Below, in pieces: positions 11,033 to 22,687 of a stretch of 64,000 bases of DNA. Numbering within the stretch: position 1 is the stretch's first letter; each line of letters opens with the position of its first letter. The stretch lies in the NCBI RefSeq assembly GCF_001677475.2, contig NZ_CP015229.1; one strand, 5' to 3'. The DNA is from Escherichia coli (GTDB lineage Bacteria; Pseudomonadota; Gammaproteobacteria; Enterobacterales; Enterobacteriaceae). Made by a program: the position numbers and the translations under genes. The notes under the pieces are model-generated. The model was not told the DNA's origin. It made no database searches and worked only from the letters and a program-made list of their open reading frames with translations.

Positions 11033-11812
11033 ATGGAAATCAGTCTGTTGCAGGCATTCGCGTTGGGCATTATCGCCTTTATCGCTGGCCTGGATATGTT
11101 TAACGGCCTAACCCATATGCACCGCCCGGTGGTCCTCGGCCCGTTGGTCGGGCTGGTACTTGGCGATCTGCATACCGGTATTTTAACCGGCGGTACGCTG
11201 GAACTGGTGTGGATGGGGCTGGCCCCGCTGGCAGGCGCACAGCCGCCTAACGTGATTATCGGTACTATCGTCGGCACGGCGTTTGCCATTACTACCGGCG
11301 TGAAACCCGATGTCGCGGTCGGTGTCGCCGTACCTTTCGCTGTCGCAGTACAGATGGGGATTACCTTCCTGTTCTCGGTGATGTCTGGCGTAATGTCCCG
11401 CTGCGACCGGATGGCGGAGAACGCCGATACACGCGGCATTGAACGCGTGAACTATCTGGCACTGCTGGCACTCGGCACTTTCTATTTTCTCTGCGCTTTC
11501 CTGCCTATCTACTTCGGCGCAGAACATGCCAAAACCATCATTGATGTCCTACCGCAACGATTAATCGACGGCCTCGGCGTCGCGGGCGGCATCATGCCAG
11601 CAATCGGTTTTGCCGTACTGCTGAAAATCATGATGAAAAACGTCTACATCCCCTACTTCATCCTGGGCTTTGTTGCCGCAGCCTGGCTCAAGTTACCGGT
11701 GCTGGCTATTGCTGCCGCCGCGCTGGCGATGGCGCTGATCGACCTGCTGCGTAAATCTCCTGAACCGACTCAACCTGCGGCACAGAAAGAGGAATTTGAA
11801 GATGGCATCTAA
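11033..11812 (+). CDS. agaW: PTS N-acetylgalactosamine-specific IIC component, full length (259 aa)
   Basis: 259 aa membrane ORF paralogous to agaC; intact here, whereas I recall it truncated in K-12. Confidence 0.88.
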   Translation: MEISLLQAFALGIIAFIAGLDMFNGLTHMHRPVVLGPLVGLVLGDLHTGILTGGTLELVWMGLAPLAGAQPPNVIIGTIVGTAFAITTGVKPDVAVGVAVPFAVAVQMGITFLFSVMSGVMSRCDRMAENADTRGIERVNYLALLALGTFYFLCAFLPIYFGAEHAKTIIDVLPQRLIDGLGVAGGIMPAIGFAVLLKIMMKNVYIPYFILGFVAAAWLKLPVLAIAAAALAMALIDLLRKSPEPTQPAAQKEEFEDGI

Positions 11813-12680
11813 TCAAACCACCCTGCCGAACGTCAGTGAAAACGAAGAAACACTGCTGACAGGCGTCAATGAAAACGTGTATGAAGATCAGAGCATTGGC
11901 GCAGAGCTGACGAAAAAAGATATCAACCGCGTCGCCTGGCGTTCCATGCTGTTACAAGCGTCTTTTAACTACGAGCGTATGCAGGCTTCCGGCTGGTTGT
12001 ACGGTCTGCTGCCTGCTCTGAAAAAGATCCACACTAATAAACGCGACCTGGCGCGCGCCATGAAGGGGCATATGGGTTTCTTCAATACCCATCCGTTTCT
12101 GGTGACGTTTGTTATCGGCATTATCCTTGCGATGGAGCGTTCTAAGCAGGACGTTAACAGTATTCAGAGCACCAAAATTGCCGTCGGTGCGCCGCTCGGC
12201 GGGATTGGCGATGCGATGTTCTGGCTAACGCTACTGCCGATTTGTGGCGGGATAGGCGCAAGCCTCGCGCTACAAGGCTCTATTCTTGGCGCAGTCGTCT
12301 TTATTGTGCTGTTCAACGTGGTACACCTGGGGCTGCGTTTTGGTCTGGCGCATTATGCTTACCGCATGGGCGTGGCGGCGATTCCACTCATTAAAGCGAA
12401 TACCAAAAAAGTCGGCCATGCTGCGTCAATCGTTGGGATGACGGTAATCGGCGCGCTGGTGGCAACCTATGTTCGTTTAAGCACCACGCTGGAAATCACC
12501 GCTGGCGACGCAGTGGTTAAGTTACAGGCTGATGTTATCGACAAACTGATGCCTGCCTTCTTACCGCTGGTCTACACCCTGACCATGTTCTGGCTGGTAC
12601 GCCGCGGCTGGAGTCCGCTGCGCCTGATTGCAGTTACCGTGGTACTCGGCATCGTCGGTAAATTCTGTCATTTCCTTTAA
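11796..12680 (+). CDS. agaE: PTS N-acetylgalactosamine-specific IID component
   Basis: 294 aa ORF paralogous to agaD (KKDINRVAWRSMLLQASFNYERMQA); overlaps the agaW 3' end; start may be the second ATG at 11802. Confidence 0.85.
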   Translation: MKMASNQTTLPNVSENEETLLTGVNENVYEDQSIGAELTKKDINRVAWRSMLLQASFNYERMQASGWLYGLLPALKKIHTNKRDLARAMKGHMGFFNTHPFLVTFVIGIILAMERSKQDVNSIQSTKIAVGAPLGGIGDAMFWLTLLPICGGIGASLALQGSILGAVVFIVLFNVVHLGLRFGLAHYAYRMGVAAIPLIKANTKKVGHAASIVGMTVIGALVATYVRLSTTLEITAGDAVVKLQADVIDKLMPAFLPLVYTLTMFWLVRRGWSPLRLIAVTVVLGIVGKFCHFL

Positions 12681-12697
12681 ATACAATGAGGTATTAG

Positions 12698-13132
12698 ATG
12701 TTAAGTATTATTTTGACAGGGCATGGCGGATTTGCCAGCGGCATGGAAAAAGCAATGAAGCAAATCCTCGGCGAGCAATCGCAGTTTATCGCCATCGATT
12801 TTCCGGAAACCTCAAGCACCGCGCTGCTTACATCGCAGCTTGAAGAGGCCATCGCCCAACTGGATTGTGAAGACGGCATTGTTTTTCTGACGGATTTGCT
12901 GGGCGGCACGCCGTTTCGCGTAGCTTCAACGCTGGCGATGCAAAAACCGGGCTGTGAAGTGATCACCGGCACCAATTTGCAACTGCTACTGGAGATGGTG
13001 CTGGAGCGCGAAGGGTTAAGCGGTGAAGAGTTCCGTGTGCAGGCGCTTGAGTGTGGACACCGTGGGCTGACCAGTCTGGTAGATGAGTTAGGCCGCTGCC
13101 ATGAAGAATGTCCGGTCGAGGAAGGAATATGA
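12698..13132 (+). CDS. agaF: PTS IIA component (mannose family), 144 aa
   Basis: 144 aa ORF MLSIILTGHGGFASGMEKA; stop TGA overlaps the agaA ATG (ATGA at 13129-13132). Confidence 0.88.
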   Translation: MLSIILTGHGGFASGMEKAMKQILGEQSQFIAIDFPETSSTALLTSQLEEAIAQLDCEDGIVFLTDLLGGTPFRVASTLAMQKPGCEVITGTNLQLLLEMVLEREGLSGEEFRVQALECGHRGLTSLVDELGRCHEECPVEEGI

Positions 13133-14262
13133 CACCCGTTTTGCGCGCCAGAAGGCTGCTGACTGAAGAGGGATGGCTCGATGACCATCAGTTGCGTATT
13201 GCTGACGGTGTAATCGCAGCAATCGAACCGATTCCAGTGGGCGTGACTGAACGCGATGCGGAACTGCTCTGCCCCGCTTACATCGACACCCATGTACACG
13301 GTGGTGCGGGCGTTGATGTAATGGATGACGCGCCGGATGTGCTCGACAAGCTGGCAATGCACAAAGCACGCGAAGGTGTCGGCAGTTGGTTACCGACCAC
13401 CGTAACCGCGCCGCTTAATACCATTCATGCGGCGCTGGAACGTATTGCTCAACGTTGCCAACGCGGCGGACCTGGTGCGCAAGTGCTGGGGAGTTATCTC
13501 GAAGGACCGTACTTCACGCCGCAGAATAAAGGTGCGCATCCGCCGGAGCTGTTCCGCGAGCTGGAAATTGCCGAGCTGGATCAATTGATTGCCGTTTCTC
13601 AGCACACCTTGCGCGTGGTGGCGCTGGCACCGGAAAAAGAAGGGGCATTGCAGGCCATCCGCCATCTTAAACAGCAAAACGTACGGGTGATGCTGGGGCA
13701 TAGCGCGGCGACCTGGCAACAAACCCGTGCCGCGTTTGACGCTGGTGCCGACGGCCTGGTGCATTGCTATAACGGGATGACAGGTTTACATCACCGCGAA
13801 CCGGGAATGGTTGGCGCGGGATTAACGGACAAGCGCGCCTGGCTGGAACTGATAGCCGATGGTCATCATGTGCATCCGGCGGCGATGTCGCTGTGTTGTT
13901 GCTGTGCGAAAGAGAGAATCGTGCTCATCACCGACGCGATGCAGGCAGCAGGGATGCCGGATGGTCGCTATACGTTATGTGGTGAAGAAGTGCAGATGCA
14001 CGGTGGCGTTGTCCGTACCGCGTCCGGTGGGCTGGCGGGCAGTACGCTGTCTGTCGATGCGGCAGTGCGCAACATGGTCGAGTTGACGGGCGTAACGCCT
14101 GCGGAAGCCATCCATATGGCGTCGCTGCATCCGGCGCGTATGCTGGGTGTTGATGATGTTCTGGGATCGCTTAAACCGGGCAAACGCGCCAGCGTCGTTG
14201 CGCTGGATAGCGGGCTGCATGTGCAACAAATCTGGATTCAGGGTCAATTAGCTTCGTTTTGA
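13129..14262 (+). CDS. agaA: N-acetylgalactosamine-6-phosphate deacetylase, intact (377 aa)
   Basis: NagA-family amidohydrolase; start placed at the ATG preceded by gaggaagg SD (MTPVLRARRLL); full length here, whereas it is a pseudogene in K-12 as I recall. Confidence 0.88.
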   Translation: MTPVLRARRLLTEEGWLDDHQLRIADGVIAAIEPIPVGVTERDAELLCPAYIDTHVHGGAGVDVMDDAPDVLDKLAMHKAREGVGSWLPTTVTAPLNTIHAALERIAQRCQRGGPGAQVLGSYLEGPYFTPQNKGAHPPELFRELEIAELDQLIAVSQHTLRVVALAPEKEGALQAIRHLKQQNVRVMLGHSAATWQQTRAAFDAGADGLVHCYNGMTGLHHREPGMVGAGLTDKRAWLELIADGHHVHPAAMSLCCCCAKERIVLITDAMQAAGMPDGRYTLCGEEVQMHGGVVRTASGGLAGSTLSVDAAVRNMVELTGVTPAEAIHMASLHPARMLGVDDVLGSLKPGKRASVVALDSGLHVQQIWIQGQLASF

Positions 14263-14439
14263 TGGTTTGCTCCTTTATTGGGCCTTCACTTCCCCCGTAA
14301 GGCCTTTCTTTTTCTTTCGTTGTGCTCTGTGCAGGGTATCGGATGCGACGCTGACACATCTTCTTTGACCTACGGTACGCCGCATCCGGCAATCGGTGAA
14401 CATAGCGACGTCATCACGCAATCCTTTAATCTTCCCTTG

Positions 14440-14600
14440 TCTTTTCTTTCAACGATCACAAATTTCGTTTTATTTCCTTTTCCTCCATTGATCTTTCAGT
14501 TTCTTTTCTATAGATTTTGATCAACGAAATGTATCACCAAGTGAAACGAAACGAAAGGTAAGCGAAAGCGACAACGCCCGACGTCAAGTTCATCAGACTA
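14440..14600. promoter_or_regulatory. agaS promoter with AgaR operator-like repeats
   Basis: gtgaaacgaaacgaaaggtaagcgaaagcg and tttcgttttatttcc: the same repeated TTTCGTTT/GAAACG motif as the agaR-kbaZ region. Confidence 0.6.
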
Positions 14601-14611
14601 AGGATTGAGTT

Positions 14612-15766
14612 ATGCCAGAAAATTACACCCCTGCTGCTGCCGCAACCGGTACATGGACTGAAGAAGAGATCCGCCATCAGCCTCGCGCATGGATCCGTTC
14701 ACTCACCAACATCGACGCGCTACGTTCCGCGCTCAATAACTTCCTTGAACCGTTACTGCGCAAAGAGAATCTGCGGGTAATCCTGACCGGAGCCGGAACC
14801 TCGGCATTTATCGGTGACATCATCGCGCCGTGGCTCGCCAGCCATACCGGTAAAAACTTCAGCGCCGTACCGACCACCGATCTGGTCACCAATCCGATGG
14901 ACTACCTGAATCCAGCTCATCCACTGCTGTTGATCTCCTTCGGTCGATCCGGCAACAGCCCGGAAAGCGTCGCCGCCGTGGAACTGGCAAATCAATTTGT
15001 ACCCGAGTGCTATCACCTGCCGATCACCTGCAACGAAGCGGGCGCTCTTTACCAAAACGCGATCAACAGCGACAACGCGTTTGCCCTACTGATGCCCGCA
15101 GAAACGCACGATCGCGGCTTTGCGATGACCAGCAGCATTACCACCATGATGGCCAGCTGCCTCGCGGTTTTCGCACCTGAAACGATCAACAGCCAGAGCT
15201 TCCGCGACGTGGCGGATCGTTGCCAGGCGATCCTAACCTCACTGGGCGATTTCAGCGAAGGTGTGTTTGGTTACGCACCGTGGAAACGGATCGTTTATCT
15301 CGGCAGCGGTGGCTTACAGGGCGCAGCACGCGAGTCGGCGCTGAAAGTACTGGAACTGACGGCGGGTAAACTGGCGGCCTTTTATGATTCCCCGACCGGA
15401 TTCCGTCATGGACCAAAATCGCTGGTCGATAACGAAACGCTGGTGGTGGTATTTGTCTCCAGCCACCCTTACACCCGTCAGTATGATCTTGATCTGCTGG
15501 CTGAACTTCGCCGCGATAACCAGGCGATGCGCGTAATCGCTATCGCCGCGGAAAGCAACGACGTTATTACCGCCGGTCCACATATCATCCTGCCGCCGTC
15601 CCGTCACTTTATCGACGTTGAGCAGGCATTTTGCTTCCTGATGTACGCCCAGACGTTTGCACTGATGCAATCGCTGCACATGGGCAATACGCCGGATACC
15701 CCATCAGCCAGCGGCACCGTTAACCGCGTGGTGCAAGGCGTAATCATTCATCCGTGGCAGGCATAA
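14612..15766 (+). CDS. agaS: SIS-domain galactosamine-6-phosphate deaminase/isomerase, 384 aa
   Basis: 384 aa ORF, GlmS-C-terminal-like SIS domains. Confidence 0.9.
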   Translation: MPENYTPAAAATGTWTEEEIRHQPRAWIRSLTNIDALRSALNNFLEPLLRKENLRVILTGAGTSAFIGDIIAPWLASHTGKNFSAVPTTDLVTNPMDYLNPAHPLLLISFGRSGNSPESVAAVELANQFVPECYHLPITCNEAGALYQNAINSDNAFALLMPAETHDRGFAMTSSITTMMASCLAVFAPETINSQSFRDVADRCQAILTSLGDFSEGVFGYAPWKRIVYLGSGGLQGAARESALKVLELTAGKLAAFYDSPTGFRHGPKSLVDNETLVVVFVSSHPYTRQYDLDLLAELRRDNQAMRVIAIAAESNDVITAGPHIILPPSRHFIDVEQAFCFLMYAQTFALMQSLHMGNTPDTPSASGTVNRVVQGVIIHPWQA

Positions 15767-16639
<873 letters not shown>

Positions 16640-16805
16640 TCATTAGTTTTTTATGATTTATCCCAATGTACTTCCCGATTAATATCGGGGAGTGCCTTAA
16701 TGGAAAAGGAGATGACTAAACCTTAATAAATACATCAGTACAATATCGCAACAATAATATATTTAAAAAAATTATATTATTCAACTTTATGGTGAGGATT
16801 ACACA

Positions 16806-17282
16806 ATGAGCAGTCCAAATATTCTCTTAACCCGTATTGATAACCGTCTGGTTCATGGCCAGGTTGGCGTGACCTGGACATCCACCATCGGTGCAAATCT
16901 GCTGGTAGTCGTGGATGATGTTGTCGCTAACGATGATATTCAACAGAAATTAATGGGTATTACCGCGGAAACCTACGGCTTTGGCATTCGTTTCTTTACT
17001 ATCGAAAAAACCATTAACGTCATCGGCAAAGCTGCACCACACCAGAAGATCTTCCTGATTTGCCGTACGCCACAAACGGTACGTAAATTGGTAGAAGGTG
17101 GCATTGACCTGAAAGATGTCAACGTCGGCAATATGCATTTCTCGGAAGGGAAAAAGCAAATCAGCAGTAAAGTTTATGTCGATGACCAGGATCTCACGGA
17201 CTTACGTTTTATTAAACAACGTGGTGTGAATGTTTTCATTCAGGACGTCCCTGGCGATCAAAAAGAACAAATCCCTGACTAA
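16806..17282 (+). CDS. agaB: PTS galactosamine-specific IIB component, 158 aa
   Basis: MSSPNILLTRIDNRLVHGQ; 158 aa. Confidence 0.92.
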   Translation: MSSPNILLTRIDNRLVHGQVGVTWTSTIGANLLVVVDDVVANDDIQQKLMGITAETYGFGIRFFTIEKTINVIGKAAPHQKIFLICRTPQTVRKLVEGGIDLKDVNVGNMHFSEGKKQISSKVYVDDQDLTDLRFIKQRGVNVFIQDVPGDQKEQIPD

Positions 17283-17320
17283 ATCTAAAATCACCTTAAT
17301 ATTAGTTTGAGGTAATAAAA

Positions 17321-18124
17321 ATGCATGAAATAACCCTACTTCAGGGATTATCCCTGGCGGCGTTAGTTTTCGTTCTGGGGATTGATTTTTGGCTGGAAGC
17401 CTTATTTTTATTCCGCCCGATAATCGTTTGTACCCTAACTGGCGCTATTCTCGGTGATATTCAGACTGGCTTAATTACCGGTGGTCTGACAGAGTTGGCT
17501 TTCGCCGGATTAACCCCTGCAGGTGGTGTTCAGCCGCCCAACCCGATTATGGCGGGTCTGATGACCACCGTCATTGCATGGTCTACGGGCGTTGATGCCA
17601 AAACAGCAATTGGTCTTGGCCTGCCGTTTAGTTTGTTAATGCAGTACGTCATTCTGTTCTTCTATTCCGCTTTCTCATTATTTATGACCAAAGCCGATAA
17701 ATGCGCGAAAGAGGCGGATACGGCAGCGTTTTCCCGGCTTAACTGGACAACGATGCTCATCGTCGCTTCAGCGTATGCGGTGATTGCTTTCCTCTGTACT
17801 TACCTGGCACAAGGGGCGATGCAGGCGCTGGTGAAAGCGATGCCCGCCTGGTTGACCCACGGCTTTGAAGTGGCTGGCGGTATTCTGCCTGCCGTTGGTT
17901 TTGGCTTGCTGCTGCGCGTAATGTTCAAAGCGCAATATATCCCTTACCTGATCGCCGGTTTCCTGTTTGTTTGCTACATCCAGGTCAGCAACCTGTTGCC
18001 GGTTGCCGTACTGGGTGCAGGCTTTGCGGTGTATGAGTTTTTCAATGCGAAATCCCGGCAGCAAGCGCAACCGCAGCCCGTTGCCAGTAAAAATGAAGAA
18101 GAGGACTACAGCAATGGGATCTGA
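17321..18124 (+). CDS. agaC: PTS galactosamine-specific IIC component, 267 aa
   Basis: 267 aa membrane ORF; overlaps the agaD start by 11 nt. Confidence 0.92.
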   Translation: MHEITLLQGLSLAALVFVLGIDFWLEALFLFRPIIVCTLTGAILGDIQTGLITGGLTELAFAGLTPAGGVQPPNPIMAGLMTTVIAWSTGVDAKTAIGLGLPFSLLMQYVILFFYSAFSLFMTKADKCAKEADTAAFSRLNWTTMLIVASAYAVIAFLCTYLAQGAMQALVKAMPAWLTHGFEVAGGILPAVGFGLLLRVMFKAQYIPYLIAGFLFVCYIQVSNLLPVAVLGAGFAVYEFFNAKSRQQAQPQPVASKNEEEDYSNGI

Positions 18125-18905
18125 AATCAGTAAAAAAGATATCACCCGTCTGGGCTTTCGTTCGTCGCTGCTGCAAGCGAGCTTTAACTACGAAAGGATG
18201 CAGGCGGGCGGTTTTACCTGGGCGATGTTGCCGATCCTGAAAAAGATTTATAAGGATGACAAACCGGGCCTAAGCGCGGCGATGAAAGATAACCTCGAAT
18301 TTATTAATACCCACCCAAATCTCGTCGGATTCCTGATGGGGTTATTAATTTCGATGGAAGAAAAAGGAGAAAACCGCGACACCATTAAAGGCCTCAAAGT
18401 GGCACTGTTTGGCCCAATCGCCGGGATTGGCGATGCGATTTTCTGGTTTACTTTGTTGCCGATTATGGCGGGAATTTGCTCATCATTTGCCAGCCAGGGA
18501 AACCTGCTGGGGCCGATTCTATTTTTCGCCGTTTACCTGCTTATCTTTTTCCTGCGCGTCGGCTGGACCCACGTCGGTTATTCAGTCGGCGTGAAGGCGA
18601 TCGATAAAGTGCGAGAGAACTCGCAGATGATTGCCCGTTCGGCAACCATCCTCGGGATCACGGTAATCGGCGGGCTGATCGCTTCGTATGTGCATATTAA
18701 CGTGGTGACATCGTTTGCCATCGACAGTACCCACAGCGTCGCGCTGCAGCAGGATTTCTTCGATAAAGTCTTCCCGAACATTTTACCGATGGCCTACACC
18801 CTGCTGATGTATTACTTCCTGCGGGTGAAAAAAGCGCATCCGGTGCTGTTAATCGGCGTGACGTTTGTGCTCTCTATTGTTTGTTCCGCATTCGGCATTT
18901 TGTAA
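18114..18905 (+). CDS. agaD: PTS galactosamine-specific IID component, 263 aa
   Basis: Start at internal ATG (MGSEISKKDITRLGFRSSLLQASFNYERMQA), giving 263 aa. Confidence 0.9.
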   Translation: MGSEISKKDITRLGFRSSLLQASFNYERMQAGGFTWAMLPILKKIYKDDKPGLSAAMKDNLEFINTHPNLVGFLMGLLISMEEKGENRDTIKGLKVALFGPIAGIGDAIFWFTLLPIMAGICSSFASQGNLLGPILFFAVYLLIFFLRVGWTHVGYSVGVKAIDKVRENSQMIARSATILGITVIGGLIASYVHINVVTSFAIDSTHSVALQQDFFDKVFPNILPMAYTLLMYYFLRVKKAHPVLLIGVTFVLSIVCSAFGIL

Positions 18906-19673
18906 ATGGAACGAGGCACTGCTTCTGGCGGTGCCTCTTTACTTAAGGAATTTCATCCTGTGCAAACCCTTCAGCAAGTTGAAAACTATACGGCGTTAAG
19001 TGAACGTGCCAGCGAATATTTATTGGCCGTGATCCGTAGCAAACCGGATGCCGTGATTTGCCTGGCGACCGGAGCCACGCCATTACTGACGTATCATTAT
19101 CTGGTAGAAAAAATCCACCAGCAGCAGGTTGATGTCAGCCAACTAACCTTCGTCAAGCTCGACGAATGGGTGGATCTGCCATTAACTATGCCTGGCACCT
19201 GCGAAACTTTCCTGCAACAGCATATCGTGCAGCCGCTGGGGCTACGTGAAGACCAGCTCATCAGCTTTCGCTCCGAAGAGATAAATGAGACAGAGTGCGA
19301 ACGGGTAACGAACCTGATTGCGCGCAAAGGCGGTCTGGATTTATGCGTTCTCGGATTGGGGAAAAACGGTCATCTTGGGCTGAACGAACCGGGAGAAAAC
19401 CTGCAACCGACCTGCCATATCAGTCAACTTGATGCCAGAACACAGCAACATGAGATGTTAAAAACCGCGGGCCGTCCCGTGACTCGTGGGATCACCTTAG
19501 GCCTGAAGGATATTCTCAATGCCCGCGAAGTTTTGTTACTGGTGACTGGCGAAGGAAAGCAGGATGCGACAGAACGTTTTCTCACGGCTAAAGTCTCCAC
19601 CGCTATCCCGGCTTCGTTTTTATGGCTGCATAACTATTTCACATGCATGATTGATGAGATGTGTCGTCGTTAA
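18906..19673 (+). CDS. agaI: Galactosamine-6-phosphate deaminase/isomerase (NagB family), 255 aa
   Basis: ATG immediately follows the agaD TAA (TAAATG at 18903-18908); NagB-like fold. Confidence 0.88.
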   Translation: MERGTASGGASLLKEFHPVQTLQQVENYTALSERASEYLLAVIRSKPDAVICLATGATPLLTYHYLVEKIHQQQVDVSQLTFVKLDEWVDLPLTMPGTCETFLQQHIVQPLGLREDQLISFRSEEINETECERVTNLIARKGGLDLCVLGLGKNGHLGLNEPGENLQPTCHISQLDARTQQHEMLKTAGRPVTRGITLGLKDILNAREVLLLVTGEGKQDATERFLTAKVSTAIPASFLWLHNYFTCMIDEMCRR

Positions 19674-19676
19674 CTC

Positions 19677-19720
19677 GCCTGCTACAGGCGTTGCAACGCT
19701 ATTCCTGCTGCGACGCCTGT
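19677..19720. terminator. Nested palindromes between the convergent agaI and rsmI stops (putative bidirectional terminator)
   Basis: cgcctg-cta-caggcg, gcgttgcaacgc and outer acaggcgt ... acgcctgt inverted repeats; no strong T-run. Confidence 0.5.
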
Positions 19721-19722
19721 AA

Positions 19723-20586
19723 TCACTCTCCCTGCTGCTCCAGTGCATACTTATACAGCGCATTTTTCTTCACGCCGTGAATTTCTGCGGCCAGCGCCGC
19801 CGCTTTTTTCAGCGGCAGTTCTGCCTGTAGCAGCGCCAGCGTGCGCAGGGCATCGGCGGGTAAGTCTTCTTCCTGTGCTTTATGGCCTTCGACAATCAGT
19901 ACCATTTCGCCTTTGCGACGGTTTTCATCTTCTTTGACCCACGCCAGCAGCTCGCCAACGGGCGCGCCGTGAATGGTTTCCCAGGTTTTGGTCAGCTCAC
20001 GCGCCAGAACGACGTAGCGGGATTCGCCTAATACCGCAACGATATCTTCCAGGCTATCTAACAGACGGTGGGTAGATTCATAAAAAATCAGCGTGCGCGG
20101 CTCCGCTTCAATGGCTTTTAGCGCATCACGGCGGCCTTTTGATTTGGCAGGTAAAAAGCCTTCATAACAAAAACGATCGGATGGTAAACCCGCGGCGCTT
20201 AACGCAGTGATAGCAGCACACGGCCCGGGTAGCGGCACCACGAGAATCCCCGCTTCACGGCAGGTACGCACCAGATGGTAGCCAGGATCGTTAATTAGCG
20301 GCGTTCCGGCATCGGAAACCAGCGCAATGTTTTGCCCCTCTTGCAGCTTCGCCAGCAGCGTTTCGGCTTTTTGTTGTTCGTTATGGTCGTGCAGCGCAAA
20401 CAACCGAGCATTAATCCCAAAATGTTGCAGCAATAAACCGGTGTGACGCGTATCCTCGGCGGCAATCAGATCAACGGCCTGTAATACCTCCAACGCACGC
20501 TGGGTGATATCCGCCAGATTGCCGATTGGCGTCGGTACAATGTAAAGCTGGCCCTGAGAATTATCCGCCGATTGGTGTTGTTTCAT
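19723..20586 (-). CDS. rsmI: 16S rRNA C1402 2'-O-methyltransferase
   Basis: 287 aa [31 protein letters not shown], tetrapyrrole-methylase-like fold. Confidence 0.92.
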   Translation of the reverse strand: MKQHQSADNSQGQLYIVPTPIGNLADITQRALEVLQAVDLIAAEDTRHTGLLLQHFGINARLFALHDHNEQQKAETLLAKLQEGQNIALVSDAGTPLINDPGYHLVRTCREAGILVVPLPGPCAAITALSAAGLPSDRFCYEGFLPAKSKGRRDALKAIEAEPRTLIFYESTHRLLDSLEDIVAVLGESRYVVLARELTKTWETIHGAPVGELLAWVKEDENRRKGEMVLIVEGHKAQEEDLPADALRTLALLQAELPLKKAAALAAEIHGVKKNALYKYALEQQGE

Positions 20587-20650
20587 TGTGTCGTCCGTAT
20601 TGCCGATTTAATATTGAGCATTGCGTAAAAAAAATATCACTGGATACATT

Positions 20651-22687
20651 ATGGTACCCTCAACATTTTCTCGTTTGAAAGCCGCGCGTTGTCTGCCTGT
20701 TGTTCTGGCAGCCCTGATTTTCGCCGGTTGTGGCACCCATACTCCCGATCAGTCCACTGCTTATATGCAGGGCACGGCGCAGGCTGATTCTGCCTTTTAC
20801 CTGCAACAGATGCAGCAAAGTTCTGATGATACCAGGATCAACTGGCAATTACTCGCCATTCGTGCACTGGTGAAAGAAGGTAAAACCGGACAGGCGATGG
20901 AGTTGTTTAACCAACTACCGCAAGAACTGAACGATTCTCAGCGTCGCGAGAAAACACTGCTGGCGGCAGAGATTAAACTGGCGCAGAAAGATTTTGCTGG
21001 CGCGCAAAACTTGCTGGCGAAAATCACACCTGCAGATTTAGAACAAAACCAGCAAGCGCGTTACTGGCAGGCAAAAATCGATGCCAGCCAGGGGCGTCCT
21101 TCCATTGATTTACTGCGCGCGTTAATTGCTCAGGAACCGCTGCTCGGCGCGAAAGAAAAGCAGCAGAATATTGACGCCACCTGGCAGGCGCTCTCCTCCA
21201 TGACTCAGGAACAGGCGAATACGCTGGTGATCAATGCCGACGAAAATATTCTGCAAGGCTGGCTGGATCTGCAGCGCATCTGGTTTGATAACCGTAACGA
21301 TCCCGACATGATGAAAGCCGGGATCGCCGACTGGCAGAAACGTTATCCGAACAACCCGGGCGCGAAAATGCTGCCAACGCAGTTGGTTAACGTAAAAGCG
21401 TTTAAACCCGCATCGACCAACAAAATCGCCCTGCTGTTGCCACTGAATGGCCAGGCAGCGGTATTTGGTCGCACTATTCAGCAAGGCTTTGAAGCGGCGA
21501 AAAATATCGGCACTCAGCCAGTGGCGGCTCAGGTAGCTGCCGCACCTGCCGCAGACGTAGCAGAACAACCTCAGCCGCAAACCGTGGATGGCGTTGCCAG
21601 CCCGGCACAAGCCTCGGTTAGCGATCTGACCGGTGAACAACCTGCGGCCCAGCCGGTGCCTGTAAGCGCCCCGGCGACAAGCACCGCAGCAGTAAGCGCA
21701 CCCGCAAATCCATCTGCAGAACTGAAAATCTACGATACCTCATCACAACCACTTAGTCAGATCTTAAGCCAGGTTCAGCAGGATGGCGCGAGTATTGTGG
21801 TCGGTCCGTTGCTGAAAAATAACGTTGAAGAGTTGCTGAAGAGCAACACCCCGCTGAACGTGCTGGCACTGAACCAGCCGGAGAATATCGAAAACCGCGT
21901 CAATATTTGTTACTTCGCGCTTTCACCTGAAGACGAAGCGCGCGATGCAGCGCGTCATATTCGTGACCAGGGTAAACAAGCGCCGCTGGTGCTGATCCCA
22001 CGCAGTTCATTGGGCGATCGCGTAGCCAATGCGTTTGCGCAAGAGTGGCAGAAACTGGGCGGCGGCACCGTTCTGCAACAAAAATTTGGTTCCACCAGCG
22101 AATTACGCGCGGGTGTTAACGGCGGTTCTGGTATTGCTTTAACGGGTAGCCCGATTACTCCCAGAGCGGCAACCGACTCCGGCATGACGACCAACAATCC
22201 AACGCTGCAAACCACGCCAACCGATGACCAGTTCACCAATAATGGCGGTCGTGTCGATGCGGTCTACATTGTGGCAACGCCGGGTGAAATCGCTTTTATC
22301 AAACCGATGATCGCCATGCGTAACGGTAGCCAGAGCGGTGCAACGCTGTACGCCAGCTCCCGCAGTGCGCAAGGGACCGCTGGCCCGGATTTCCGACTGG
22401 AGATGGAAGGTTTGCAGTACAGCGAAATCCCGATGCTGGCAGGCGGTAATCTGCCCTTAATGCAGCAGGCGCTCAGCGCGGTGAACAACGATTATTCGCT
22501 GGCTCGCATGTATGCGATGGGCGTTGATGCCTGGTCGTTGGCAAATCATTTCTCACAAATGCGCCAGGTTCAGGGTTTTGAAATCAACGGTAATACCGGA
22601 AGCCTGACGGCAAACCCGGATTGCGTGATTAACAGGAAGTTATCATGGCTACAGTACCAACAAGGTCAGGTAGTCCCCGCCAGTTAA
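20651..22687 (+). CDS. lpoA: Outer-membrane lipoprotein activator of PBP1A, 678 aa
   Basis: Start at internal ATG ([28 protein letters not shown]: signal peptide with lipobox); 678 aa. Confidence 0.92.
   Translation: MVPSTFSRLKAARCLPVVLAALIFAGCGTHTPDQSTAYMQGTAQADSAFYLQQMQQSSDDTRINWQLLAIRALVKEGKTGQAMELFNQLPQELNDSQRREKTLLAAEIKLAQKDFAGAQNLLAKITPADLEQNQQARYWQAKIDASQGRPSIDLLRALIAQEPLLGAKEKQQNIDATWQALSSMTQEQANTLVINADENILQGWLDLQRIWFDNRNDPDMMKAGIADWQKRYPNNPGAKMLPTQLVNVKAFKPASTNKIALLLPLNGQAAVFGRTIQQGFEAAKNIGTQPVAAQVAAAPAADVAEQPQPQTVDGVASPAQASVSDLTGEQPAAQPVPVSAPATSTAAVSAPANPSAELKIYDTSSQPLSQILSQVQQDGASIVVGPLLKNNVEELLKSNTPLNVLALNQPENIENRVNICYFALSPEDEARDAARHIRDQGKQAPLVLIPRSSLGDRVANAFAQEWQKLGGGTVLQQKFGSTSELRAGVNGGSGIALTGSPITPRAATDSGMTTNNPTLQTTPTDDQFTNNGGRVDAVYIVATPGEIAFIKPMIAMRNGSQSGATLYASSRSAQGTAGPDFRLEMEGLQYSEIPMLAGGNLPLMQQALSAVNNDYSLARMYAMGVDAWSLANHFSQMRQVQGFEINGNTGSLTANPDCVINRKLSWLQYQQGQVVPAS

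Noticed and set aside
16640-16805. Tiny ORF MEKEMTKP and a palindrome (cccgattaatatcggg) in the kbaY-agaB spacer
   Set aside because: Eight codons with no convincing SD; palindrome lacks a T-run. More likely promoter or operator sequence for agaB than a gene or terminator.
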